Made by a program: the position numbers and the translations under genes | Shown: in pieces, positions 27,632 through 37,732 of the stretch | Layout: each line of letters opens with the position of its first letter | How positions within the stretch are numbered: the stretch's first letter is position 1 | From: a virus | Virus record (IMG/VR): IMGVR_UViG_3300045960_000093 | Location: 4,211 to 68,210 of that record | DNA length: 64,000 bases | Reading direction: 5' to 3' (one strand) | Notes under the pieces: generated by a model | Databases searched by the model: none | The model's input: the letters and a program-made list of their open reading frames with translations, nothing else | Told to the model about the DNA's origin: nothing

Positions 27632-30600
27632 CAGGCTAACCCCGGACCCTTCAAGTAGCACATCATGGCGCCCCACGTCGTGCCTGCGGTGATCGAAGCC
27701 TGTGACTGCTGCGACGCTCCGGTGTGCCCAATCACTCCGATGCGCGCTGCGCCTTGGATGTAGTAGCCCGGGTAGTTGTTGAAGGCGTTGAAGGAGCCGC
27801 CCGGAGCTCCAAAGACGTCGGTGTTCTTGTACGAGCGGAACAGCGCGATGGCGAGGCCGTCGCTTGCCGTGGGCGCCACGGCACCCGTATCGGCCGTTGT
27901 TGTAGTCCCAGTCACCAGCGTGCCGGTGACGTCGAGGAGCTCGGCGTTGCCGGTCAAGATGGTCTGCATCACGATGACGTTCTTGTTGGACGAAGCGAAC
28001 GACGCCGTCGGGGTGCCACTCGGTGTGACCACAGTCTTGTTCGTTACCGTCCATACCTCGAAGCGGAACTTGCTGTCGGCCGACAGTACGTTCACCCGCT
28101 GTACCGGGGTCCCAAAGCCGGCGTTGGAGATCCCGGTGCATGCCGACATATCCTGCGCGCCACTGTAGTTGGCGTGCAGGATGAAGAAGTAGGTCGTCCA
28201 GCCGAAGATGCAGCCGCCTCCGTAGAAGCCGAACGTTGTGTTGCCGGGGTACAGGTCACCGTACCGACCGCCCCAGCCGTCGGAGCCCGGCTGTGGGCCG
28301 TTGGTGCCGAAGTTGGGCCACCCATAGGCGGCGCCATTTGCCAGAGTGGCAAAAGGCTCGGGAGAAGAAGCCACCGGGTAGTTGTTGAAGCGGGTGTCGT
28401 TCCACGTCAAGCCGTAACCGTCGGTCGGCTGAATGGCGTTGTTGATCCACGACTGGACGTTGAAGTTCGCGTACTCCTCGAACTCCTCGACGCTCGGGTT
28501 GTCGGAGAACGCCGCCCAGGGCGTCCACTCGACCTCGAAGGCTTCGTAGTAGACCGGGGTTGCCGTGTTGAACCGAGAGGCTGTTCCACTGTAGCTGGAG
28601 TGGATGGCGCCCACGCCAGACCAGTTCTGCTCGAAGTCGTCCCTTGGATTCGTGGTGTCGAAGATCGAAGCACTGGTGGCCGTCGTGCTGGTGTGCAGCG
28701 GTCCCGCATCGGCCCACTCGTCTTCGAAATCCTCCCATGACGTGTTGGCTGTATCGAAGCGACCCGCGGTACCCACGAACGTCGTGTGCATAGGGCCAGC
28801 ATCCGGCCAGCCGCCATAGGGCACACTGGCGTCGAAGTCCTCTTGGTCGGCCACCGGGTCGTTGAAGTGTGAGGCCTCGACCGCCAGGCTGTCGGTGTGC
28901 AGCGGGCCGGCGTCGGGCCAGCCATGCTCGCAGCTGTCCTCGTAGTAGATGGAGCCCGTGAAGATAGCGGGCAAGCCGACGAAGTTGTTGTTCTCGTAGC
29001 TGCGTGCGTTCGCGATGTAGTTGACCGAGTAGTTGACCCGCGCCAGCGCTTCCGCTTCGGTCAACACCGGCCGCAGACAGACCTCCAACCCGCGAGAAGT
29101 GGAGATCAGAACGTGTGAGACCTGACTGACTGTCTTGGCGTAGTCCCCGAAGTGCCCGATCACCAAGCGCGGGTATCCGGAACCGTCTGAGGGCGCGTAG
29201 GGGAACGACAGCTGATCGAACGACAGCGTGGGCCGATCGGACTCGTTCAAGTACAGGTTCAGCTGACCGCGGAAGGTCCGCTCCAGGCGGTAGAGGGTGA
29301 ACCTCGTCCAGTCCACGATGGCGAACGTAGCGGCCACCGAGGACACGCCGGCGCGGATGAGCTCCAGGTTCTCCACGGGGTCCGCAACGGTCTGTAGGAA
29401 CACGATCTTGCCGTAGGGCGGCCCCATGTCGGCGAAGATCAGCGCGGTCTGGTAGGTGTCGTCGATCAACGCGGCGCGGAAGCCTGTCAGGTGTCGAGTG
29501 GGGGACACGACGTCGCTGCTGGCATAGGACTCGACGCGAGCTCGGAACTCCAACGCGACCCCGTTGCTGGGTCGCATGCCGGCCGTGTAGTCGCGTCGGA
29601 TCTGAACTTTGCCCGCCTCCGTCTCATCGGCGTCGGTCAACGTTCCGTACTCGTCACCAGCCGTGATGGTGCCGTTGCCGTCCTTGGCCCAGCCTGCCGG
29701 CAGCGGCGTCACGATCTGGTCGGTCGTGAGGCCACGAACGGCCGTGGAGTACCGAAGCTTGTAGACGCAGAGGCGCGCTGTGGCGACACCGACGTTGGCG
29801 TTGTGGAGGAAGCCGAGCCCCGGCCCCGGCATGCTCGAAGCCGGCAAGGCCGAATAGGCCATGCCGAGAACGTACGTTGGTATGACGCTCACGCCGTCAT
29901 CGATCAGGCAGTACAAGGAGACGGCGTTGTGGTCTGGGTCGAATACGATTCGATAGGTGGTGGGGTTCACAAAGGACTGTTGAGCGGCCGCGTAGGAGAT
30001 CAACTGTTCGGGGTTCGGGGTGTCCTTCAAGAACCCCACGTACTGCGTGCCCTGGACGTCTTGGAGGAACGCCAGTCGTGCACTGCGGACACCGTCGTCG
30101 ACGTAGAACTCGACCCCTGTGGTCTCGACCCCTACGGCTTGCGAGAAAGACTCCACGGAAGCCTTGAAGTCGAACACAGTCTGGGACGACATCGCAGGCT
30201 CGGAGCGGTAGTACCCAACGCTCTTGGTGGCATCTCGCCGCTCCACGGCCAGATGGTCACTCTCCAGGAAGGCATCACCCCCGATACTCCCGAACGAGCT
30301 CGGCAGCGAGTTCCACGGCGTTTCATGGTGCTCGGGTAGCGCGGTCGGCCGGTAGAGCATCGCCTCGTTGGTGTGAAAGAACCCTTCGAAGGCGCCACAC
30401 ACGATGCCCTTACGAATCGGCGCCGTGGTGAGGTTGTAGAGCGCCGCGAACTTCCAGCGGCTGATGCTGGTGGTCTCGGACGCGATGTGACCGAAGAACG
30501 CCTGCGGGACTTCTTCACGCTGCTCTTCGGTCGGGAGCTCGGAGAAGTCGCTGATCTTCCCGTCGATCAGCAGCGTGTCACCGGCGTCGGTACCGCTGGA

Positions 30601-31230
30601 AGCGTACAGACGGACGACGTCCATCGCGGGGTACCACAAGAGCTTGAACGTCACCCACACGTCGTCCCAGTCGATCAAGCAGGCGTAGCTGGCGCTCGGC
30701 GGCGTCGTCGCTAGACGCGCGGCGCTGTGCATCTCCACACGATGGGTGCCCTGCTCGTACAGCTTGACCGCAACGCCCTTCTTGCCGGCCAGCAGTCCGA
30801 ACGCGACCCCCGAGAAGTCGTTGTAGTAGGTCGCCTCTACGGCGTTGAGGCGGACGGTGAACTCCGCCATCAGTGGACCGTCGACCTCCGCTGGCGCCTC
30901 CAGGCCCCCGAAGAAGTACGTGGCCTCTTGGATCTGAGGGAGCGGCGTCACGGCCTTCGTGAGGATCAACTCGCCTTGCCCACCGATGGCGCGCTCCGCC
31001 GGCTGGTAGGGCGTCGTCCCGCCGTAGCTCTCCAGGCGGAAAGTGAAGTCGGTCCTGGCCTCGGGGAACACCTGTCCGGTGTAGTAGATCGGGCCCTCTC
31101 CGTAGAAGAGGTCGACGCTGTCTTCCAAGACCTCGGTGCCGGCGATCCGCAGGCCGAACCGAACGCTATCCCGTACGCCGGCGATGGCACCCTGTGAGGG
31201 TCTCCGGTTGATGATCTGGGGAGTTGACAT
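27631..31230 (-). CDS. Large virion protein with beta-sandwich domains and acidic repeats
   Basis: 1199-aa ORF within the structural operon. Confidence 0.7.
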   Translation of the reverse strand: MSTPQIINRRPSQGAIAGVRDSVRFGLRIAGTEVLEDSVDLFYGEGPIYYTGQVFPEARTDFTFRLESYGGTTPYQPAERAIGGQGELILTKAVTPLPQIQEATYFFGGLEAPAEVDGPLMAEFTVRLNAVEATYYNDFSGVAFGLLAGKKGVAVKLYEQGTHRVEMHSAARLATTPPSASYACLIDWDDVWVTFKLLWYPAMDVVRLYASSGTDAGDTLLIDGKISDFSELPTEEQREEVPQAFFGHIASETTSISRWKFAALYNLTTAPIRKGIVCGAFEGFFHTNEAMLYRPTALPEHHETPWNSLPSSFGSIGGDAFLESDHLAVERRDATKSVGYYRSEPAMSSQTVFDFKASVESFSQAVGVETTGVEFYVDDGVRSARLAFLQDVQGTQYVGFLKDTPNPEQLISYAAAQQSFVNPTTYRIVFDPDHNAVSLYCLIDDGVSVIPTYVLGMAYSALPASSMPGPGLGFLHNANVGVATARLCVYKLRYSTAVRGLTTDQIVTPLPAGWAKDGNGTITAGDEYGTLTDADETEAGKVQIRRDYTAGMRPSNGVALEFRARVESYASSDVVSPTRHLTGFRAALIDDTYQTALIFADMGPPYGKIVFLQTVADPVENLELIRAGVSSVAATFAIVDWTRFTLYRLERTFRGQLNLYLNESDRPTLSFDQLSFPYAPSDGSGYPRLVIGHFGDYAKTVSQVSHVLISTSRGLEVCLRPVLTEAEALARVNYSVNYIANARSYENNNFVGLPAIFTGSIYYEDSCEHGWPDAGPLHTDSLAVEASHFNDPVADQEDFDASVPYGGWPDAGPMHTTFVGTAGRFDTANTSWEDFEDEWADAGPLHTSTTATSASIFDTTNPRDDFEQNWSGVGAIHSSYSGTASRFNTATPVYYEAFEVEWTPWAAFSDNPSVEEFEEYANFNVQSWINNAIQPTDGYGLTWNDTRFNNYPVASSPEPFATLANGAAYGWPNFGTNGPQPGSDGWGGRYGDLYPGNTTFGFYGGGCIFGWTTYFFILHANYSGAQDMSACTGISNAGFGTPVQRVNVLSADSKFRFEVWTVTNKTVVTPSGTPTASFASSNKNVIVMQTILTGNAELLDVTGTLVTGTTTTADTGAVAPTASDGLAIALFRSYKNTDVFGAPGGSFNAFNNYPGYYIQGAARIGVIGHTGASQQSQASITAGTTWGAMMCYLKGPGLA
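28525..28926 (-). repeat. About four degenerate acidic protein repeats of ~31-40 aa (W.DAGPLHT...F......EDFE..W)
   Basis: WPDAGPLHT, WPDAGPMHT, WADAGPLHT, WSGVGAIHS in the translation. Confidence 0.8.
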
Positions 31231-31252
31231 CCTACGGAGCCCCTCTTACGGT
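31224..31252 (+). promoter_or_regulatory. Candidate sigma-70 promoter
   Basis: TTGACA (31224-29), 17-bp spacer, TACGGT (31247-52); ATG at 31259 lies at the expected +1. Confidence 0.55.
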
Positions 31253-31258
31253 TCGAGA

Positions 31259-31603
31259 ATGTTCGAACCTATGGACCCGGACATCGCCCGAGCCCTCATC
31301 GCTGAGGAGCCCGACACCCTGACCGAAGCTGCTCGAAAGGAGGCCGAGCTCTACGCCAACATCGCGTGTCCCATGTGTTACCAGAACGGGGCCGAAAAGA
31401 GAATTCCCCCTCCTCGCTTTGAGATCTCGGAGGATGGGCTGCCTCAGTTGGCGAGCTCGTCGTTCTCTCCGAATCGGCCGCTGCCCGTGGGCTATGCCCA
31501 CTGCCTGCACTGCGGTACCGATTTCGATCCCCATAGCGGCCTCATCCGTCAAACCGACGTGTCGCTCATTGCTGGTCCAGAGTCAGACCCTCGTTCAACT
31601 TAG
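31259..31603 (+). CDS. Zinc-ribbon protein, antisense to the structural operon
   Basis: CPMC...CLHC; fills the gap between two - strand genes. Confidence 0.7.
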   Translation: MFEPMDPDIARALIAEEPDTLTEAARKEAELYANIACPMCYQNGAEKRIPPPRFEISEDGLPQLASSSFSPNRPLPVGYAHCLHCGTDFDPHSGLIRQTDVSLIAGPESDPRST

Positions 31604-34600
31604 CGAAGAAGGCCGAGATGCGACCGGTGCCGTGGTACGGCACCGTGTTGAGGCCACCAAGCTGGTCCTCCGTCCGATCGACGACCAGCCGACGGTCCAG
31701 GTCATGCGTCACCGCGGACAGCTCGATGGGGTGCCGAATCGAGTCCGCCCCGCGGCGAGTCAAGAAGGCCTCGAGATCCGACACCTCGAGCTGCGCCTCC
31801 GCGCCCAGCGTGTTGATGTAGTCCTCGAGGACCGGCCCGATGACGTCCGGCGACGGCCCGCCACCGTAGATGAAGTTCACGTACACGTACGACGGCAGGA
31901 AGTGACGTGCCAACGGATTGGCGTTGATCGGGCGGTCGGTGTCGGACCTCAGCAGGTCATGGACCAGCCGAGTCACCACCGAGGTCTCGTACATCACCTT
32001 CAGGTTGCGGCCGCTCACCTCGCTGCGGTTCTCCGGGCTGTCGCTGTTGCCCACCGGAAGGAACCGACGGTCGAACAGCAGCGACACCTGCTCGAACGGA
32101 GAGAACGTCAGGTTGCTGTTGTCGACCGCGTAGGTGTAGCCGTCGATCGACACCTTCCCGTCCTCAACGAGCGCCAGACGGGCGTTGCGTTCGATGTTGT
32201 ACTCGTCGCCAGAGCCGTCGGACTCCACCTGAACGTCGGCGTAGTAGAACGACCCATCGAAGTTGTTCTGCATCTCGGTCGAGCTGAGCCGGTAGACCTT
32301 GGGCCGCAGCAACCGGTAGAGCGCCCGGTCGCTGGGGTAGAGCTTGCCGTTCGAGCTCTCGAACCCGCCGACGGTCAACATCGTCCGTGACCCGTGGATA
32401 CCTCCCCGAATGCGGAACGGGTTGCCGGTGACCAGCACCTGGAAGCGGTTGTTGGGGTTGTTGGCGATGTCGACGTAGTCGGTGCCGGTGCCCACGATCG
32501 TATAGACCCCACGATTCGGACCGCTCAGCACCTCCAGACGATCTCCGACGTTGGCCCCCGTCATGCTGGTGGAGCCGTCGGTGCGCACCATACGGATGTT
32601 GAACCCACCCTGCGCCTCGGTGGTTCCGCGCATCACGCCGGTCATGGACTCCGACATCATGGTCGCTACCTGGGTGACGGCCACTTGCGTCGGCACCGAG
32701 GTGTAGATGTGGAACGGCTGCTCGATGTTGTCCTTGGACTCCGTGCGGAGCCAGGTGAACCGGCCGATGTCGAAGCAGTCGAAGTCGGCCCCGCTGGTCG
32801 CCTCGATGTTGGTGAACGAGACCTTGAGGGTCGCCCTGCCGGGCGACGGGTACGCCTGGATCTCGTAAGCCCCGTCGATGTCATCGCGGGTCGACTCGAA
32901 GATCGTGATGTAGTGCCCGACCGTCGTGCCAAGCCCGCCGGCGTCGGTGGTGTCGTAGAGATCCGTGGTCCCCGTACCGGCATAGAACCGTTGCAGCGCC
33001 CAGGGCTGCCGCGGCGTGACGTCCATGCCTTTGATGGTCTGGGTCGTAGAGGTCAGCACCCGGTCGAGCCGTAGTGCCTTCGCACTCTCGACGCTCTCGA
33101 TGATGTATTCACCAGCATCCGGCCCGCTGTCGATCACCAGTGTCTGCCCGGCCAGCGGGTAGATGCGGTCCATCGCCTGGAAGTCGATGGTCGAGATCGA
33201 GGGGATCTCGATGCGGTTGCTTCCCGTCACGGACCGTAGCCCGGCGGGCTTGCCGAAGATACCGAGCTCCTCGAAGGTAGCACTGACCGAGGTGGCGGTG
33301 GCGCCCGTCGGAATCACCAACCCATCGGGGTTGTCGATGGTGGCCGTGGTGCCGGCAAGACCGATCACGCGGAAGAACTGGCCGTCGGAGTCCAGACGAA
33401 TCCATCGGTTGACGTACAGGTTGGTCGCGTCGTCGAACACGACCGTCGTGGTACCGTTCCAGGTCGCCGTTCCATCTCCGTCGGCCGGCCTGACGCCTCG
33501 GAAGGGGATCTGCTCGTTGACCTCCAAGATGTCACCCTCGTTGAGCTCCAGGCCGAACACATCGGGGTGGTTCTCGTCGGTGAGCTCCACGATGGACTTG
33601 AAAGCCGCGGCTGTCGGCTCATAGACGCTCGTAACACGGATGTCTCGGAGCTTCGTCTCCGTCGCTCCTGGAGACGGCAGCAGGCGGAACCCATCGACCT
33701 GAGAGAACCGGAAGCTGCGGGGGGTTCCGACGTCCTCGTACTTCATGCGGGCGCCCGTCAGCCCTGTTGGAATCTCGACCGAGGTGGGGTCGAGGAAGTA
33801 CAGCCGAGCTACGCCCGACGACGGCAGGCCGAGCGTGTAGTGCACTCCGGTGCTCAAGTCGATGAACGGGGTGCCGCCGTCGGCCGAAACCGCGACTTGG
33901 ATGACGTGCGCGTTCCCGAGCACGTTGATGGCCTCCACCGTGTAGGTGCCTTGGCTGGTCGTGTTGATGACGTTCAGGCGCCAACCGGGGACGACGCCTT
34001 CCGCGGGGAAGTCGACGTCGTCATCCTGGAGGTAGTAGCGCCCCAGGGCTCCATCTTGGATGACACCTCGGAAGCTTTCGACCTGGATACCTTCGGCCCG
34101 ATTGGAGAACACGCCAACGGCTCGAATGTCGGCGGTGGTTCCGTAGGGGATCTGGATGCCGGTCGGCTGGGAGTTGGAGTCCAGCAGCTCGACGGACTTG
34201 ACGCGAACGAGCGGCCGCTCGATGCCCGTGAAGGCACGGTAGACCGAGAACTTCTGCGAGAACCCCGTGTTGAGGGGGGCGGTGTCGAGCAACAGCGCCG
34301 TTCCGGTCACCGACGTGACGCCGTACTTCCCGGAGTTGTCACCTTCCAGGATCTCGAGGGTGTCACCGGACGACACACCGGCCAGCAGGAAGTTGGTCTC
34401 GCCGGCGGACGTTACGGTCTTGTCGCCTGCCGTGGTGTTGAGGTCTTGCCCGAGGAAGATGGTGCCGAGGGGGATCTTCACGACCTTCGGGGACACCAGG
34501 TCGACGTTCAGCTCGTCGTCGAGCCGATAGCGCAGGCCGCTGCCATCTCCGGTGCCGGAGGGGGTCGCGTTCTTGGTCAGGTTCCGGTCGAGCAGCAGGG

Positions 34601-36560
34601 TGTCGTTGTCCGCCAGGGAGTTGAGGATTCTCCGAATCGAGTAGATGCCGGCGTCCTCACCGGTCTCGATGACCACCGAGTCACCGACCTTGGTGCCCAG
34701 CGCGGCGAAGTCCTTTCCGGTTTCGAGGCCCCACGAGTTCGTACGAGAGGCGTCGCGGTCTCGTACCTGCGGCTTGGAGGTCGTGTTCTCGATGACCCGG
34801 ATGTCGGTGTCGAAGGACAGGTTCGTGCCCAACGAGTAGATGCTCCCGGTCTCTTGGTTGACGAGCTCGAGCTTGACGCGAACACACCGCTCTGGAGAGC
34901 CGCCGTGAGCGGTGGTGTACTCCTGGTCCATCACGGCCAGGATCTTGAGGGTCGCTTGTCGGCCCGACTCCAGGATCTGCACGTACCGGCCCACGTCGTC
35001 TGCCGTGAACTTCCACGGCACCAGATCGCTGTCCGCGCCCGGGTCCCCGCCACCACCGGCGCTCGGCTCGTACTGCTTGATCAGCACCTCGTTGTTGGTT
35101 GCGAGGGCGACCCCGAAGCGATCGAGTCCGGTCCGCATCAGAACATCGGTCAGCTTCTCGGTGATAAAGACGAACTTGTCGTCCTCGCCACCGAACGACT
35201 CCAGGTCCACCCCGAAGTGAAGCGGCAGCCCGTCCCGGATGCCTTCCAGAGTGATCTCCTTCTGGACCGGCTGCCCGGCGCGGACGTACACGTCCAGCGC
35301 ACCGCCGATGTGCACCTCGTTGTCGTTGATCTCGATCGTGCCAGCCTGGGTCTTGGGCCCCAAGATGCCGCCCGGGATGTCGGAGATCGTGATGGGGCCG
35401 GACGGCTTGCTGATCGTCAGCGCCGGCGAAGGCATGGGGAACGTGACATCTGGCGTCACGATCAAGTAGTCGGCCCCGACGAACTGGACCGTGTGCTCGA
35501 AGATTTGCCCTGTGGTCAGGTTGACCTGGGTCGCCAGGTCTCCCTGGGCCACACCCACCTCGGCGAACGTGTCTTTGAAGCCACTCCCGTTCAGCACGAT
35601 GATGCCGTTGGTCGGGTTCTGAAGCTCGATTCGATTCCCTGCCGACGGTGACTCTACGACGGCGAGCGCGTAGGCGTTCGGTCCGGTGCCGCCCTTGATG
35701 ATGTCGCGTTCCATCTCGACATCGCCAAAGCCGATCGTCTGGATGAGCCGGATGCTCTCGAACACGTCGGTCAGCCGAGCGTTGATGCCGCGGAACGTGA
35801 CCAACGACTTCTCGGTCAGGCTGTTTTCCACGCGCTCGATGAAGTCCGTCGTGGTCTCCTTGTCGTCACCCTCCTCGAAGCTGGCCTTGTTGGTGACCTT
35901 GATGACCTCCGGGGCGTTCTCGATCCCGGACAGGACGTTGGCGTCGATGTTGTACTCGGTGCCCTGCTGTTCCGCGCGGACGATGATGTCTTGGTAGTAG
36001 AGGTTGTCCTCGATGTTGAACAGCATGTTGTCGGCCGAGATCGCTTGGTTCTCAACCGGCATGTAGCGATGGCCACTGGGGTCGAAGCAGAGGTTGTTGG
36101 GGGAGATGATGCTGTTTCGGGGAGCCGAGAAGTACAGCCTGGCGAGTCCGACGGCATAGCCGCCCAGCCGGCGGCGAACGAAGAAGTTGGCGCCGAGGTT
36201 GTCGGCCTCTCGTTCGTTCAGGACCTCGGGGTTGGCGAGCGATTGGTTGTTGGAGATCTGGCGGATCTGGCGGCGGAACGGCTCCAGCAAGATCGTCATG
36301 ATCTTGACCGCGTAGTCGTCCATCGGCTCCCCATCCTGCATGACCAGCTCGGGGAACTCGGTCTTCAACCGACGAATGATGAAGTCCCGGAGTGGGGTCT
36401 CGTAGGGGTCGGGCCCAACGCGATCGATCAGCGGCTGGATGACGGTGCTGTAGAACTGCGAGCCCGAGCTCGTGTCAATCGAGGGGTCCCACGACTTGAC
36501 GCGCTCCTGGAGGAACAGGGTGAGATCGTCGATATCGTTTACGCCCGTGTAGCTGGACAT
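31566..36560 (-). CDS. Baseplate J/gp6-like protein with large insertions
   Basis: DNLGANFFVRRRLG..AVG, VRAEQQGTEYNI, EGDDKETT..FIER J-like N-terminus; LEDYINTLG..LEVSDL C-terminus. Confidence 0.8.
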   Translation of the reverse strand: MSSYTGVNDIDDLTLFLQERVKSWDPSIDTSSGSQFYSTVIQPLIDRVGPDPYETPLRDFIIRRLKTEFPELVMQDGEPMDDYAVKIMTILLEPFRRQIRQISNNQSLANPEVLNEREADNLGANFFVRRRLGGYAVGLARLYFSAPRNSIISPNNLCFDPSGHRYMPVENQAISADNMLFNIEDNLYYQDIIVRAEQQGTEYNIDANVLSGIENAPEVIKVTNKASFEEGDDKETTTDFIERVENSLTEKSLVTFRGINARLTDVFESIRLIQTIGFGDVEMERDIIKGGTGPNAYALAVVESPSAGNRIELQNPTNGIIVLNGSGFKDTFAEVGVAQGDLATQVNLTTGQIFEHTVQFVGADYLIVTPDVTFPMPSPALTISKPSGPITISDIPGGILGPKTQAGTIEINDNEVHIGGALDVYVRAGQPVQKEITLEGIRDGLPLHFGVDLESFGGEDDKFVFITEKLTDVLMRTGLDRFGVALATNNEVLIKQYEPSAGGGGDPGADSDLVPWKFTADDVGRYVQILESGRQATLKILAVMDQEYTTAHGGSPERCVRVKLELVNQETGSIYSLGTNLSFDTDIRVIENTTSKPQVRDRDASRTNSWGLETGKDFAALGTKVGDSVVIETGEDAGIYSIRRILNSLADNDTLLLDRNLTKNATPSGTGDGSGLRYRLDDELNVDLVSPKVVKIPLGTIFLGQDLNTTAGDKTVTSAGETNFLLAGVSSGDTLEILEGDNSGKYGVTSVTGTALLLDTAPLNTGFSQKFSVYRAFTGIERPLVRVKSVELLDSNSQPTGIQIPYGTTADIRAVGVFSNRAEGIQVESFRGVIQDGALGRYYLQDDDVDFPAEGVVPGWRLNVINTTSQGTYTVEAINVLGNAHVIQVAVSADGGTPFIDLSTGVHYTLGLPSSGVARLYFLDPTSVEIPTGLTGARMKYEDVGTPRSFRFSQVDGFRLLPSPGATETKLRDIRVTSVYEPTAAAFKSIVELTDENHPDVFGLELNEGDILEVNEQIPFRGVRPADGDGTATWNGTTTVVFDDATNLYVNRWIRLDSDGQFFRVIGLAGTTATIDNPDGLVIPTGATATSVSATFEELGIFGKPAGLRSVTGSNRIEIPSISTIDFQAMDRIYPLAGQTLVIDSGPDAGEYIIESVESAKALRLDRVLTSTTQTIKGMDVTPRQPWALQRFYAGTGTTDLYDTTDAGGLGTTVGHYITIFESTRDDIDGAYEIQAYPSPGRATLKVSFTNIEATSGADFDCFDIGRFTWLRTESKDNIEQPFHIYTSVPTQVAVTQVATMMSESMTGVMRGTTEAQGGFNIRMVRTDGSTSMTGANVGDRLEVLSGPNRGVYTIVGTGTDYVDIANNPNNRFQVLVTGNPFRIRGGIHGSRTMLTVGGFESSNGKLYPSDRALYRLLRPKVYRLSSTEMQNNFDGSFYYADVQVESDGSGDEYNIERNARLALVEDGKVSIDGYTYAVDNSNLTFSPFEQVSLLFDRRFLPVGNSDSPENRSEVSGRNLKVMYETSVVTRLVHDLLRSDTDRPINANPLARHFLPSYVYVNFIYGGGPSPDVIGPVLEDYINTLGAEAQLEVSDLEAFLTRRGADSIRHPIELSAVTHDLDRRLVVDRTEDQLGGLNTVPYHGTGRISAFFAKLNEGLTLDQQ

Positions 36561-36568
36561 TGGTTACC

Positions 36569-37225
36569 TCACAGTTGCAGCGCGGTCACGGCGTCGGCCC
36601 CGGCCATGCTCTGTAGTCGAACTTGCACGCGGGCCTCCATCTGGGCCTCGTAGATGGCCACGTCGACCAGCGTAGCGGCGTAGAGCCGCTCGGACAGTTG
36701 AAGGTCGGTTTGGTTGGCTTGCGCGGTGCGGATCTGAGACGACGTCGTGTCGATGGACCGAGTGATCGATGCGTAGATGGGCTGCATGTCACGGGTCGTC
36801 GTGACCCGGCCGGCGAGCTGCTGGAGCCCACCGCCCCGTTCGGGGTTCAAGGCGTCGGAGCCGGGCGACTGCAGAATCCACTTGGTGAACAGCTGGACCA
36901 GCTTCAGAAGGCCGTCGACCTTTCGGGTCTTGTCGCCGATCTCGAACGAGAGCTTCGATGCCGCGGCCTTCCTGGTGAAGTTCGTGCTGATGATCTGGAT
37001 GGTCGAGATGCGGCCGATGTCCTCTGGCACCTGGGCGTAGATGGTCTTCTTGTCGACGATCATGAACTCCGGCACATCGGAGTCGTTGATCAACACCCGC
37101 GAGGCGCTCGACAGGTCCTCCCCCTTGATCTCGAGCGTGGGCGGGTACAGCCCCGGGACGAACTGAGGGATCGACTGCACGACCAGAAGGTCCCGAAAGC
37201 GTATGACCTCAAGCTGGTAGGCCAC
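36569..37225 (-). CDS. Baseplate wedge gp25/GPW-like protein with N-terminal IPT-like domain
   Basis: DGLLKLVQ..TKWILQSPGSD..NPERGGGL; immediately upstream of the J-like gene. Confidence 0.65.
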   Translation of the reverse strand: MAYQLEVIRFRDLLVVQSIPQFVPGLYPPTLEIKGEDLSSASRVLINDSDVPEFMIVDKKTIYAQVPEDIGRISTIQIISTNFTRKAAASKLSFEIGDKTRKVDGLLKLVQLFTKWILQSPGSDALNPERGGGLQQLAGRVTTTRDMQPIYASITRSIDTTSSQIRTAQANQTDLQLSERLYAATLVDVAIYEAQMEARVQVRLQSMAGADAVTALQL

Positions 37226-37237
37226 AGTCCTCTCCTG

Positions 37238-37732
37238 CTACCCCGTCGTCGTAGCGATTCCAGTGTCCGGAACCGTGCTGTCGAGGGGTTCAACATACTC
37301 TGCGTAGTTGGCAACTTCAATCGGCTGCGCGGCCGAGATCTGCGTCACCACGTCCGAGATCGAGTTCACGATGGCCATCAGGCGGTCCATCTTAGTCGGT
37401 CGACCCAGCTCCGTACCAGCCAAGAAGTCTGCCGTCTTGGAAGGGGCCGGCGGCTGAGCGCCCGCCGGCGGCGGCTTGTTGGGGTCGAACGAGTAGGGGT
37501 CGTACTGGGCGGCCGACGTCTTGGAGCTCTCACCGTTGCGAAGGATCTGGTAGCTGATCAGCTCCTCGTACGTCACCGTCGCGAACGCTTGGTTGACCTC
37601 TGCGCTCCGGATGAACGCGAAGGCATCCGCCACAACGTTTCGCAGTACCTTGGAGGCGGCCGGCTCCAGGTTCTCGGCGATCTCTTGGTTGTTCTCAACC
37701 GCGACCTGGTTGAACTCGATGTCGCTCGGCAT
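37238..37732 (-). CDS. Hypothetical protein
   Basis: Coupled ORF; RBS GGAGG. Confidence 0.7.
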   Translation of the reverse strand: MPSDIEFNQVAVENNQEIAENLEPAASKVLRNVVADAFAFIRSAEVNQAFATVTYEELISYQILRNGESSKTSAAQYDPYSFDPNKPPPAGAQPPAPSKTADFLAGTELGRPTKMDRLMAIVNSISDVVTQISAAQPIEVANYAEYVEPLDSTVPDTGIATTTG

